DNA of 64,000 nt. It comes from a virus (taxonomy: Duplodnaviria > Caudoviricetes). Below the pieces are notes generated by a model. The model did no database searches. It was not told the DNA's origin and saw nothing but the letters and a program-made list of their open reading frames with translations. Below, in pieces: positions 24,078 to 32,523 of this stretch (position 1 is its first letter; every line of letters begins with the position of its first letter). Position numbers and translations under genes: made by a program. The stretch spans positions 2,601 through 66,600 of IMG/VR virus record IMGVR_UViG_2772190763_000002; one strand, written 5' to 3'.

Positions 24078-26440
24078 CACTGAACATCAGCAAGCCGAAG
24101 GTCGACTCTCCTTATGCTCGCGTCGGGGCAGACCTTGTCGACATGGGATACAGCGCCATTCCCATCATGCCAGGCTCAAAGCGGCCAGGCTCTATTTCGT
24201 TCGGCAAGTGGTATGGCGATATGGAATGGCAGCGATACTGCGACAGGCTGCCGACCGAAATTGAAACGAGCATTTGGTCGCGGTGGCCTGATGCTGGCGT
24301 TTGCGTCGCGATCGACCACACCCTTAAGGTTATCGACATCGACACAGATGACCTGGAACTCCGCGAAGCGATCGAGGCTGTTCTGCCCGAAACAATGGTG
24401 AAGAAGAAGGGCCGCAAGGGCTATAGCGCATTCTTCCGCGGATCCGAAAACATCGTCAACCGCCCGTACAATCTAATCCTCGCCGGCGGCTTCGAAACGC
24501 GCGTCATCGATCTACTTTGCCACGGCAGGCAGACCGTCCTCCCACCGACCATCCACCCAGACAGCGGCGAGCCATACGGGTGGATAACAGAAGACACGTT
24601 GATGGATACCCCCATCGAAAAGCTGCCGCTGCTCCCCGATGATATTGCGGAAAGGCTCGTCGAGGCGCTAAAGCCGTTTGGCACCGTGCAGGAACACAAG
24701 ACACGATCGTCCAGCGGCGAGGACGTATTCGGCGAATCCATCTGGCGTGAGGTGAATAGTTTCGCGCTTGCTAATCTCGATTCGTGGGTGCCGCAACTGT
24801 TCGGCACTGACGCCAAGCGCAGCCGTGACGGCACGTATCGCGCAAGGGCGTTCTGGCGGGGCGTCGATAACCAGAACGTTGGCATTCATCCGGACGGCAT
24901 CACCGATTGGGGCGCCGGCCGCAGTTACACGCCGATTGACTTGGTTATGGCGGCGCACGGAACAGGCTACTTCGAGCCGGCGTATGAGTGGCTTGTGAAG
25001 CAGACTGGATATGCGCCTGCGGAAGACGAGTGGATGGCTCGCGCCGCGGAGAACGCGAAGCGCATCCTGCGTAGCTCAAAGTTGAAGCGAGAAGAGGCGG
25101 AGCGCAAGATTGCCGCCGCCGCAGAGGCGCCGGTTGCTGTAGCAGAACTGCCACCAGTTCGCGCGCCTCGCGCAAGGTTGGATCCTTTCACACCGCAGGC
25201 AGCGGGCGGTCTAATTGGCGCCATCGCGCAATGGTCGCTAGACACGGCCCGCCGACCCGTACAGGAGTTTGCCGTGCTGTCTGCTCTCTCGTTCGTCGCT
25301 ACAATCTTCGGTCGCCAGGCTGTCGGCCCGACTGGCGCGGGTCTCAACCTCTACCTTGTTGGTATTGCGGGGCCGGGGTTTGGTAAGGAGCACGCCTTCA
25401 AGACGCTGCAGACAATCGCACTGGATTCAGGCCAGCAGAACCTTATTGGACCCGGCGAAGTAACCGCCGGCAGCGCAATCGAGAAGGTGGCCCGCCGACG
25501 CCCGGTTTTTGTCATGCCCTGGGATGAAATGGGCGTTGTCCTGCAATCCGTAACCGGCGCAGGCTCGTCTTCGTGGGCAAAGACAATCCGCAAGGTACTG
25601 CTTGAGATATTCTCGAAATCGACAAGCGTATGGTCAGGCAAGGAGCATGCTGACCCGTCAACGGACAGCAGTGCGGATCCCATCTATTGCCCTACCGTTT
25701 CACTGCTCGGCATGTCCACGCCGATAACCTTCTACAAGGGCCTGACAGAGGAGACGCTATCAGATGGTTTCGTTGCCCGTCTTATCGTGGTTGAGGCGAA
25801 GGACAGGCCGGATAGGCACGCCGCCCCGCCGCTGATGGTGACGCCTGCGTCTCTGTCAACGGCGGTGAAGGAAGCGCAGAAGGCATTGCCGGTTGCTCCT
25901 GTTGCCAAGGTTAACTGGAGCAATTCCAAGATGCGGCCGCACCTTTACACAGTACCGTGGGAAGACGAGGCCGCAGAAAAACGTTGGCTGGCGATCGAGG
26001 ATTGGCAATACGAGCAGATCGAGGAGCATGGCGCCCACGATGGCCTAATAGGCCGAACTGCGGAGCACGTCGTCAAGTTGGCCACGGTACGTGCGCTGAG
26101 CCGCCAGCCGGAGTTGCCATCGGTTAGCCTGGAAGACATCGAGTGGGCGTATGCTGTTGTGCAGCGATCCATTGATTGCCTGGAGAGCGGCGCCAAGGAA
26201 CATATGGCCGGAAGCCAGTTCGAGGAGTTGTGCAAGGCCATCCTGCGCGAGCTAAAAAGGGCGGGCGGCGAGATCGCGCAATCTGTTCTCGTGCGCAAGA
26301 AAGGTGTGTCTAAGGCAGACGACAGAATGGTCAAAGCTGCGCTCGATCGCCTTGTGGTCGCAGGCGAAATCTATCAGCCCGAGGCCATCGCCAGAGGCGT
26401 GAAAATACGTCTGAAGAGTCATGAAGGAGAGGCCGCGTAA
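24074..26440 (+). CDS. Bifunctional primase-polymerase with C-terminal P-loop (DUF3987-like) domain
   Basis: VIDID, QTVLPPTIHPDSGEPYGW; GPGFGKE and PWDEMG. Confidence 0.85.
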   Translation: MTLNISKPKVDSPYARVGADLVDMGYSAIPIMPGSKRPGSISFGKWYGDMEWQRYCDRLPTEIETSIWSRWPDAGVCVAIDHTLKVIDIDTDDLELREAIEAVLPETMVKKKGRKGYSAFFRGSENIVNRPYNLILAGGFETRVIDLLCHGRQTVLPPTIHPDSGEPYGWITEDTLMDTPIEKLPLLPDDIAERLVEALKPFGTVQEHKTRSSSGEDVFGESIWREVNSFALANLDSWVPQLFGTDAKRSRDGTYRARAFWRGVDNQNVGIHPDGITDWGAGRSYTPIDLVMAAHGTGYFEPAYEWLVKQTGYAPAEDEWMARAAENAKRILRSSKLKREEAERKIAAAAEAPVAVAELPPVRAPRARLDPFTPQAAGGLIGAIAQWSLDTARRPVQEFAVLSALSFVATIFGRQAVGPTGAGLNLYLVGIAGPGFGKEHAFKTLQTIALDSGQQNLIGPGEVTAGSAIEKVARRRPVFVMPWDEMGVVLQSVTGAGSSSWAKTIRKVLLEIFSKSTSVWSGKEHADPSTDSSADPIYCPTVSLLGMSTPITFYKGLTEETLSDGFVARLIVVEAKDRPDRHAAPPLMVTPASLSTAVKEAQKALPVAPVAKVNWSNSKMRPHLYTVPWEDEAAEKRWLAIEDWQYEQIEEHGAHDGLIGRTAEHVVKLATVRALSRQPELPSVSLEDIEWAYAVVQRSIDCLESGAKEHMAGSQFEELCKAILRELKRAGGEIAQSVLVRKKGVSKADDRMVKAALDRLVVAGEIYQPEAIARGVKIRLKSHEGEAA

Positions 26441-26450
26441 GCGGCCTTTT
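26430..26450 (+). terminator. Intrinsic terminator
   Basis: AGGCCGC-GTAA-GCGGCCT-TTT. Confidence 0.65.
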
Positions 26451-26650
26451 CATTGTTGCAAAAAACGCCTGTTGCAAAATCTAAAAACGCAGAACTTCCT
26501 ATTTTGTACATCTGTTGCAAAATCAAAAACAGTCTAAGCGTATGAATATATAAGGGTAATCGTCTGTTGTTGTAAATGTAAGACTCTATCTCTCCTATCA
26601 TAATGGGATATCTTTGGGGATGACTAATGGGTCTTGCAATAACAACAACA
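26451..26650. other. Putative replication origin (AT-rich with TGTTGCAAAA iterons)
   Basis: TGTTGCAAAA at 26454, 26470, 26513; AT-rich intergenic just downstream of prim-pol. Confidence 0.5.
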
Positions 26651-26688
26651 GGAATTTTCACCCACCACCGCCACCACACAGGAGACAC

Positions 26689-27226
26689 CATGGCCAGCAC
26701 TACGCAAACAACGAAGCTCAATGGCAAGCGCGTTCGCATCGTAACGACGACGTCAGCCAAAGGTACGTCGGTGACCGTAAAGGCCGCGCCTGTTCTCGAA
26801 ATCGATCTGCAGATCGAAGCAGTGAAGCAGCTTAAGCGGATGGCCGAGTACGTCGCCGAAGCCAAGGACGTCCGCCCCGGCACGTTCACCCTGGCCGCAG
26901 ACCAGAACGGCTCCGGCTTTCGTGGCCGCAATGCAGCGGTGAAGCTAAAAGCGGCAGGCATGGCAGCCGGCGAGCCAGACGTTCGCCTGTACTTCGCTGG
27001 TGGCATCCTTCGCTGCATCGAGATGAAGGGCGCAGAAGGCAGCCTTACGGCCAGCCAGGAGAAACGCTTTCCGGTATTGCGCGCCCTTGGCTTCGTGATT
27101 GAGGTTGTCGAGGCGTCGACGCCAGAAGAGGCGGCCGGCAAGTGTGTTGAGGTTGTGCGGGGTTGGTTGGCTGCCGCCGTTCCTGCCAACGATAACAATC
27201 TGCTCCAAATGAAAAATAGGGCTTGA
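26689..27226 (+). CDS. VRR-NUC domain nuclease
   Basis: GMAAGEPDV...IEMKGAEGSLTASQ. Confidence 0.8.
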
Positions 27227-27278
27227 CGTCCTAGGGCGAAATGTCCTATGTGTAAGTCACAAACCAAGGAGCAAGGCA

Positions 27279-27488
27279 ATGACCAACGAAAAAGCACTTA
27301 ACGCATTCATGGCCAAGAAGGCCGAAATCGATGCGATGCTGGCACGCCTTGCCGCACTTAGCGAAGACCATTTCGGCGCCGCCCCTGACAGCATCCATTG
27401 GGGCCACGTTGGCGACCTCGCCCACTACGCCGAGCAGCTTAAGAACATCACCGACTCGGCCTTCCGCGAAGGCGAGTACGCAGCATGA
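27279..27488 (+). CDS. Hypothetical phage protein
   Basis: IHWGHVGDL, own TTGACG promoter upstream. Confidence 0.7.
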   Translation: MTNEKALNAFMAKKAEIDAMLARLAALSEDHFGAAPDSIHWGHVGDLAHYAEQLKNITDSAFREGEYAA

Positions 27489-27850
27489 ACCAGTACGAAT
27501 ACCGCGCCGCGCTTGAGGCAACAGGCTTAAACCAGTCAAGCGCGGCCCGCCTGTTCGGCGTGGATCCCCGCACTAGCCGTCGGTGGGCATCTGGCGAACT
27601 TGAGGTGCCGCGTACGGTGGCGCTTTGCCTTCGCATGATGGCGTCGTACAGCGTGCCGGTCATTGAGGCACAGGTGCTGGCGGATGGCGTAGGCGAGTCC
27701 GGAGAAATCACAGACGAACAACGCGACGCGCTCCTTGATCGGATCGCGCAGGGACGGCGCAATATCGACAAGACGTTAATCGAACGATTTGGCGAGTCTG
27801 GGGTGGCTGGCAGCGGATTACCAACCAGCAACCTTCCAGACGACGAATAA
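27485..27850 (+). CDS. HTH DNA-binding protein
   Basis: GLNQSSAARLFGVDPRTSRRWASG. Confidence 0.8.
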   Translation: MNQYEYRAALEATGLNQSSAARLFGVDPRTSRRWASGELEVPRTVALCLRMMASYSVPVIEAQVLADGVGESGEITDEQRDALLDRIAQGRRNIDKTLIERFGESGVAGSGLPTSNLPDDE

Positions 27851-27954
27851 CAACCACACCGCCACGACGTTGCCCGTCAGCGCGAAAGTACGGTGAGGGT
27901 GGCTCGTGATTGGGGTTTGGCAAATATTAGCCGCTGGTGGGCTTGTGTGTGGAT

Positions 27955-28003
27955 TTGACAAATTTGTAGAGTGGGGCAGAAATGGACGCTTGACAAATTT
28001 GTA
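27955..28003 (+). promoter_or_regulatory. Two tandem TTGACAAATTTGTAGAGT promoter/operator sites
   Basis: Copies at 27955 and 27990. Confidence 0.7.
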
Positions 28004-28057
28004 GAGTTTGTTAGATTCAAAATCACCAAACGGACACCACACTGAGGAGACGCCGGA

Positions 28058-28315
28058 ATGAACGCAGTATTTGACGGCATTGAATATCGCATCAATCGCC
28101 AACCATCCATTTACACAAACCGCAATGGGCGCGAAGACTGCCGCATCATGCGCGAAAGCTCCATCGCAAACGGCGGCGGCAAGTACGGCGACAAGCTCTA
28201 CCGCACCATCGCGGTCTTTGCTGCAGAAGATGGTTCGGTTATTCGTGATTACGAGCGCCTCCCGAAAGAAGTCACAATGGCAGCGTTGTCCCAGTGGGGA
28301 ATGCTCTCCGCCTAA
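28058..28315 (+). CDS. Hypothetical phage protein
   Basis: GAGGAG RBS; followed by hairpin/U-tract ~28324-28355. Confidence 0.7.
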   Translation: MNAVFDGIEYRINRQPSIYTNRNGREDCRIMRESSIANGGGKYGDKLYRTIAVFAAEDGSVIRDYERLPKEVTMAALSQWGMLSA

Positions 28316-28361
28316 CCGACCACGCCCGCTACGAAAGTTGCGGGCTTTTTCTTTTACGCGC

Positions 28362-28375
28362 TTGACAAATTTGTA
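28362..28375 (+). promoter_or_regulatory. TTGACAAATTTGTA promoter/operator
   Basis: Exact motif copy. Confidence 0.7.
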
Positions 28376-28428
28376 GAATGCAGTAAAACCATAATTACCG
28401 AAACGCACCAAACTGAGGAGATGCAGTG

Positions 28429-28593
28429 ATGATTAAGGCAACTTTCAAGACCGAAGAAGAAGCTAACAACGTCATGGTGCAGACAGGCCGCTGTTGGACC
28501 CTTAAGGGCGGCGAAGGCGAATTCTGGGCAAAGATGCACGTAGGCTACGGCTGGAAGGTTGTTGAAGAATCCGACATCGCTAAGCTCAGGTAA
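28429..28593 (+). CDS. Small hypothetical protein (54 aa)
   Basis: GAGGAG RBS; MIKATFKTEEEANN..., translated by hand. Confidence 0.55.
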   Translation: MIKATFKTEEEANNVMVQTGRCWTLKGGEGEFWAKMHVGYGWKVVEESDIAKLR

Positions 28594-28683
28594 TTTACTT
28601 AAATCACCGGCACAAAATAGAAATCCTCTAAGACCCCACACCCCACCAAGGCCGCCACCGTGCGGCCTTTTCCCGTTCCGCCC

Positions 28684-28697
28684 TTGACAAATTTGTA
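28684..28697 (+). promoter_or_regulatory. TTGACAAATTTGTA promoter/operator
   Basis: Exact motif copy. Confidence 0.7.
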
Positions 28698-28765
28698 ACT
28701 TTACAGCAATATCTACGATACCACCACGGCGCTACGCGCCACACCACCACAGTCGAGGGGACGAA

Positions 28766-29176
28766 ATGGAAGCCGACGACGATCTGCCGAAACGAATAGC
28801 AGAATATTCGCACAGAGAGCCGAATGCTGTAATTGCAGGCGTCAGGAGCGTTTTTGCATGGGCCGAAAAGTCGCGCCGTAGAGACAAGCTAGACGTCGCA
28901 AGGTTCGAGATTGAACGCATCATTGTCACCTTAGAAGAGCGTGTGCTTGATCGGTTCAGGGATTTCGCCGGCGGTCCAGATTACATTCACAAAGACAATG
29001 CCTGGATATCAGCCTGTCGTCAGAGGGAATTTGTCAGGGAGGCATGCGCCCGCCTAGCTGAACTTCCGGGTGGAATACCAACGATGCTATCTGAAGAGAT
29101 ACGCGCCATCGACATAGGACCGGACGTCAAGGTCATTCCAGATTACAGCAAAAAGGTGCAGCAAGATGGTTTCTGA
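28766..29176 (+). CDS. Hypothetical phage protein
   Basis: 136-aa ORF, GAGGGG RBS. Confidence 0.65.
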   Translation: MEADDDLPKRIAEYSHREPNAVIAGVRSVFAWAEKSRRRDKLDVARFEIERIIVTLEERVLDRFRDFAGGPDYIHKDNAWISACRQREFVREACARLAELPGGIPTMLSEEIRAIDIGPDVKVIPDYSKKVQQDGF

Positions 29177-30122
29177 AGCCAACAACGATAACGTCGTTTT
29201 GGACGCAACCGGCAGAGTAGCGTACACAGGCGACCAGCCTCACCCATACCGCACAAATACACGCTTCCGCAAAGTAGACGGCAAGTGGGAGCCGATAGCG
29301 GAAACGCCAGACAGCCGAAAGCCACGACGCCAGTCGACGCCAGAAGAACGCGCCGCAGGCCGTGCCGCTGTAGCAACCAAGGCAAAAGAGGAGAGGCGCA
29401 GAATGGGCAAGCTGACCAAAACCATCAACAAGCGTCAGTCTATCGGTGATCCTGCATGCGTGCAAAGCCGTAGTGAAGACTTCCCGCTGCTTGAGGCGCT
29501 GCGCCGCGACGAAAACAAGGAGGCTATAGCCGCCGTTCTTCGCTACCGCAAGCTGGTCGCCCTATGTGAGGCTGAGCCGCTGAAGGGCCTTGACTACAGC
29601 AAGTCGGACGGAGGCGAAGTAGTTCGCGTCAGCAGCTTGCTGACGCCTGAAGCCGATATTGATGAAGCAGCAGCGAGCGGCTGGAAAGAAATACCCGACG
29701 GCGAAATCAAGCAGTCGTCGAAGATCAAGAAGAGCAAGGGCGCTCACGCAACACCGGCCAGAAGAACTGTTGTTGCCGACAACGACAACATTGCCGCCGG
29801 CAGCGTCGTCAAGACGGAAAGCCTGCACGTTAAACTGACCGACGAAGTTCTCAACGCGCATGTCGACGCCAAGCCTATACTTGCTGAACTGCGGTCAACA
29901 CTAGGTCCGCTGGTCGAGCCATTCGAAGATGCCGTACTTGGCGGGAAGTCATACACAGAGATCGGCCGCCAACAGGGCGAGAAAACGCAGCCTGCCGTTG
30001 GTGGTCGCATTCTTGTTGGGATGGCGATCGGAAGCATATCCGTAAAATGGCAAGAGATAGACAAACGAGAGAAGCTTTTAGAATCGATCGCATTGTCTCG
30101 TTTTCGCAGCCGCGCTGCATGA
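29166..30122 (+). CDS. Putative late-gene transcription regulator
   Basis: C-terminal sigma4-like HTH (EDAVLGGKSYTEIGRQ); last gene before packaging genes. Confidence 0.55.
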   Translation: MVSEANNDNVVLDATGRVAYTGDQPHPYRTNTRFRKVDGKWEPIAETPDSRKPRRQSTPEERAAGRAAVATKAKEERRRMGKLTKTINKRQSIGDPACVQSRSEDFPLLEALRRDENKEAIAAVLRYRKLVALCEAEPLKGLDYSKSDGGEVVRVSSLLTPEADIDEAAASGWKEIPDGEIKQSSKIKKSKGAHATPARRTVVADNDNIAAGSVVKTESLHVKLTDEVLNAHVDAKPILAELRSTLGPLVEPFEDAVLGGKSYTEIGRQQGEKTQPAVGGRILVGMAIGSISVKWQEIDKREKLLESIALSRFRSRAA

Positions 30123-30630
30123 CCGTATGCCACGCGCATTCAAGTCACCAAGGGTTGAGAGAACTATTCAATTAGTTCTCGCCCCTTTGCGGTTACGACC
30201 GCCCCGCCGTCATGCTGCATTTAGTGCAGCCGCTGAACGCTGCGGGTAACTATTCGTGGTGTGTCGGCGGACTATAAGCGCACAGCCGATCAGCGCAAAG
30301 GTCCATGGTATGGCGCTGACACCGTTATCCGCCCGAAGGCTAGTAGGGAGTAGGGTGAAAGGATCCAAGCATGATTGCTGCGGCGTTCATGCGCACCACG
30401 ATATCTATCCGCGGAACTGGCGTTGTAAACCAGTTGCAGTCGGGTGCGGATAACAACGGCAGCATGCTTTGTCATGACGGTTGCCGCACCCACTTATTCC
30501 CCATCCCCTGGCGCTAATTCTCCTCCTCTGGCGACGGGTGATCATGCGGCGAGTTGAGTTGGTTATGCCGGCTCCTCGCCGCTTTCGTTTTCACGTATCG
30601 GCGCAAATTCTCGACCTCTTTGCGCTGGTC

Positions 30631-30662
30631 TAAACGGGTGGGCTTCGGCTCACCCGTTTTTC
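30631..30662 (+). terminator. Intrinsic terminator-like hairpin
   Basis: AAACGGGTGGGC-TTCG-GCTCACCCGTTT-TT. Confidence 0.6.
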
Positions 30663-30690
30663 ACATGAGGTCGACAAGGAGGTCGAGACC

Positions 30691-31626
30691 TTGAAGAAGC
30701 TTATTGCAGCAAATGATAACTATGGCGGTTTTTACACCTATGTGTGGCGCAACGCCTCGCGGGTGCCGTTTTACGTCGGCAAAGGCAAGGGGAATCGGGC
30801 TTACGATCTGTATGACAGATCTGGCGACTTCCTGGCCATTCATGCCGAAGGCGGTTGCACGGTCGAGATTGTCGATTGGTTCATCCACGAATCGCAAGCG
30901 CACGCTCACGAAGTCGAGTTAATCGAGTTTTACGGCAGGCGCGAGTTTGGCGGCCTGCTAGTCAATAAAACCGACGGCGGTGAAGGCGCTAGCGGGCACG
31001 TCAAGAGCCCCGAGACTATCGAGAAATGGCGCGCTAAGAATGTGGGCCGCACGCGTAGCGATGAAGTCCGCGCCAGAATGAGCGAGGCCAAGAAGGGCCA
31101 CGTCGTCAGCGAAGAAGCACGCGCAAAACTCAGTGCCGTAAACAAGAAGCGCTTCGAGGATCCGGAAGAGCGCGAACGCCAGCGCCGGATATCCCTTAAT
31201 ATGAGCGCAGAATCTCGTGCAAAGCTGAGTGCGGCCGGTAAGTTGCGAATGAGTGATCCTCTGGTGAGAATCAGGTTGAGCGAGATCGCGACAGGTAAAC
31301 AGCATACGCAGGAAACGCGAGCCAAGATTAGCGCCGCGAGGGCAGGCGTTCCCAAGAGTGAAGAGACAAGAGCCAGCATGCGGGCGGCACAGAGGATGAA
31401 GCCGCCGCGTGGATTGTATAAGGGCGTTAGTGTTGCCGGGAATAAGTGGCGTGCGATTATCTATGTGGATGGACGCACTCAATCCATAGGCACATTCACA
31501 ACGCCAGAGGCGGCGGCCAGAGCTTACGACCAGGCTGCCATAGCCGCTTGGGGTTTGGGCAACTGCTATATCAACATGCCAATCGCAGCCAACGATAACG
31601 GCCAGCTATCTCTATTCGGAACATGA
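30691..31626 (+). CDS. Free-standing GIY-YIG-like homing endonuclease with NUMOD3 repeats and AP2 domain
   Basis: YTYV..FYVGKG, LVNKTDGGEG, repeated SEETRAKISAA-like units, YKGVS..KWRAII..GTFTTPEAAARAYD. Confidence 0.8.
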   Translation: MKKLIAANDNYGGFYTYVWRNASRVPFYVGKGKGNRAYDLYDRSGDFLAIHAEGGCTVEIVDWFIHESQAHAHEVELIEFYGRREFGGLLVNKTDGGEGASGHVKSPETIEKWRAKNVGRTRSDEVRARMSEAKKGHVVSEEARAKLSAVNKKRFEDPEERERQRRISLNMSAESRAKLSAAGKLRMSDPLVRIRLSEIATGKQHTQETRAKISAARAGVPKSEETRASMRAAQRMKPPRGLYKGVSVAGNKWRAIIYVDGRTQSIGTFTTPEAAARAYDQAAIAAWGLGNCYINMPIAANDNGQLSLFGT

Positions 31627-31928
31627 CAGAAGACAGAAGAAGCGAAGAGGCGTCTCGATACAGACGCCTCTATAAGACGGCGCGCTGGGCAAGAATACGG
31701 CAAGCGCAGTTTGCCGTGCAGCCCCTGTGTCAATGGTGCATGGAAAACGAGATCATCGAGGAAGCAACCGAGGTGCACCATGCGACACCGCATCGAGGAA
31801 GCCTCGACCTCTTCTGGTTCGGCCCTTTCATTAGCACATGCAAACCTTGTCACTCATCTCGCGGACAGCGCGAAGACCTAGGGCAGAAGACTGTCCATTT
31901 CGGGGCCGATGGATGGCCGATCGACTGA
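31623..31928 (+). CDS. HNH endonuclease (terminase-associated)
   Basis: PLCQWC..EVHH..CKPCHS, FGADGWP. Confidence 0.88.
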   Translation: MTEDRRSEEASRYRRLYKTARWARIRQAQFAVQPLCQWCMENEIIEEATEVHHATPHRGSLDLFWFGPFISTCKPCHSSRGQREDLGQKTVHFGADGWPID

Positions 31929-32064
31929 CCCCCCTACCGGCCTCCAATGTTCACAGCTTTCGCGCGTCGGGAACCGGCGGTGGGCAACAACACGTGATGC
32001 CGCAGGTTTTGAAATTATTTTTTGGGTGAGGTTCGCTAGGCCGCAACCATAGTGGAATTTGATC

Positions 32065-32523
32065 ATGGGCGCTAGAGGGCCAAGGCCAGAAACGCCGGAA
32101 ATGCAAGCCCTGAAGGGCAACCCCGGCAAGCGGAAGAAACGCGCACCATCGATAAAGCCATCGGGTGAGACGGTAATCCCCAACTATCTTGTTGGTGACG
32201 CGCTGTCCTGTTTCAAAATGATTATGGCAGCTATGCCACCGGGCACCTATGCCTCGACAGACACTGGCGGCGTAGCCGTCTATGCGGCCGCATGGGCCGA
32301 CCACAAGAAGGCGACAGAGGCGCTGGCTACAGAGCCAGCAATCGTGGCCGGCTCAACCGGCAATTTGCAGCCGAATCCCTGGTTTAAAATCAAGAACGAA
32401 GCGGCGCGCATCATGATGTCTATGGGCGACAGGCTTGGGCTCGATCCAAAGTCGAGGGCGAACTTATGTCCACCGGAAGACAAGCCAAAATCGAAGTTCG
32501 CCGGCCTGATTGGGCAAAGGTAG
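32065..32523 (+). CDS. terS: Terminase small subunit (P27 family)
   Basis: LKGNPGKR, PNPW, LGLDPKSR. Confidence 0.9.
   Translation: MGARGPRPETPEMQALKGNPGKRKKRAPSIKPSGETVIPNYLVGDALSCFKMIMAAMPPGTYASTDTGGVAVYAAAWADHKKATEALATEPAIVAGSTGNLQPNPWFKIKNEAARIMMSMGDRLGLDPKSRANLCPPEDKPKSKFAGLIGQR

Noticed and set aside
30400-30460. tRNA-Tyr (TTGTAAA loop)
   Set aside because: No acceptor stem, D-arm or T-arm recognisable
31929-32060. Exact cos site
   Set aside because: Position between HNH and terS is suggestive, but the cohesive end sequence cannot be defined from sequence alone
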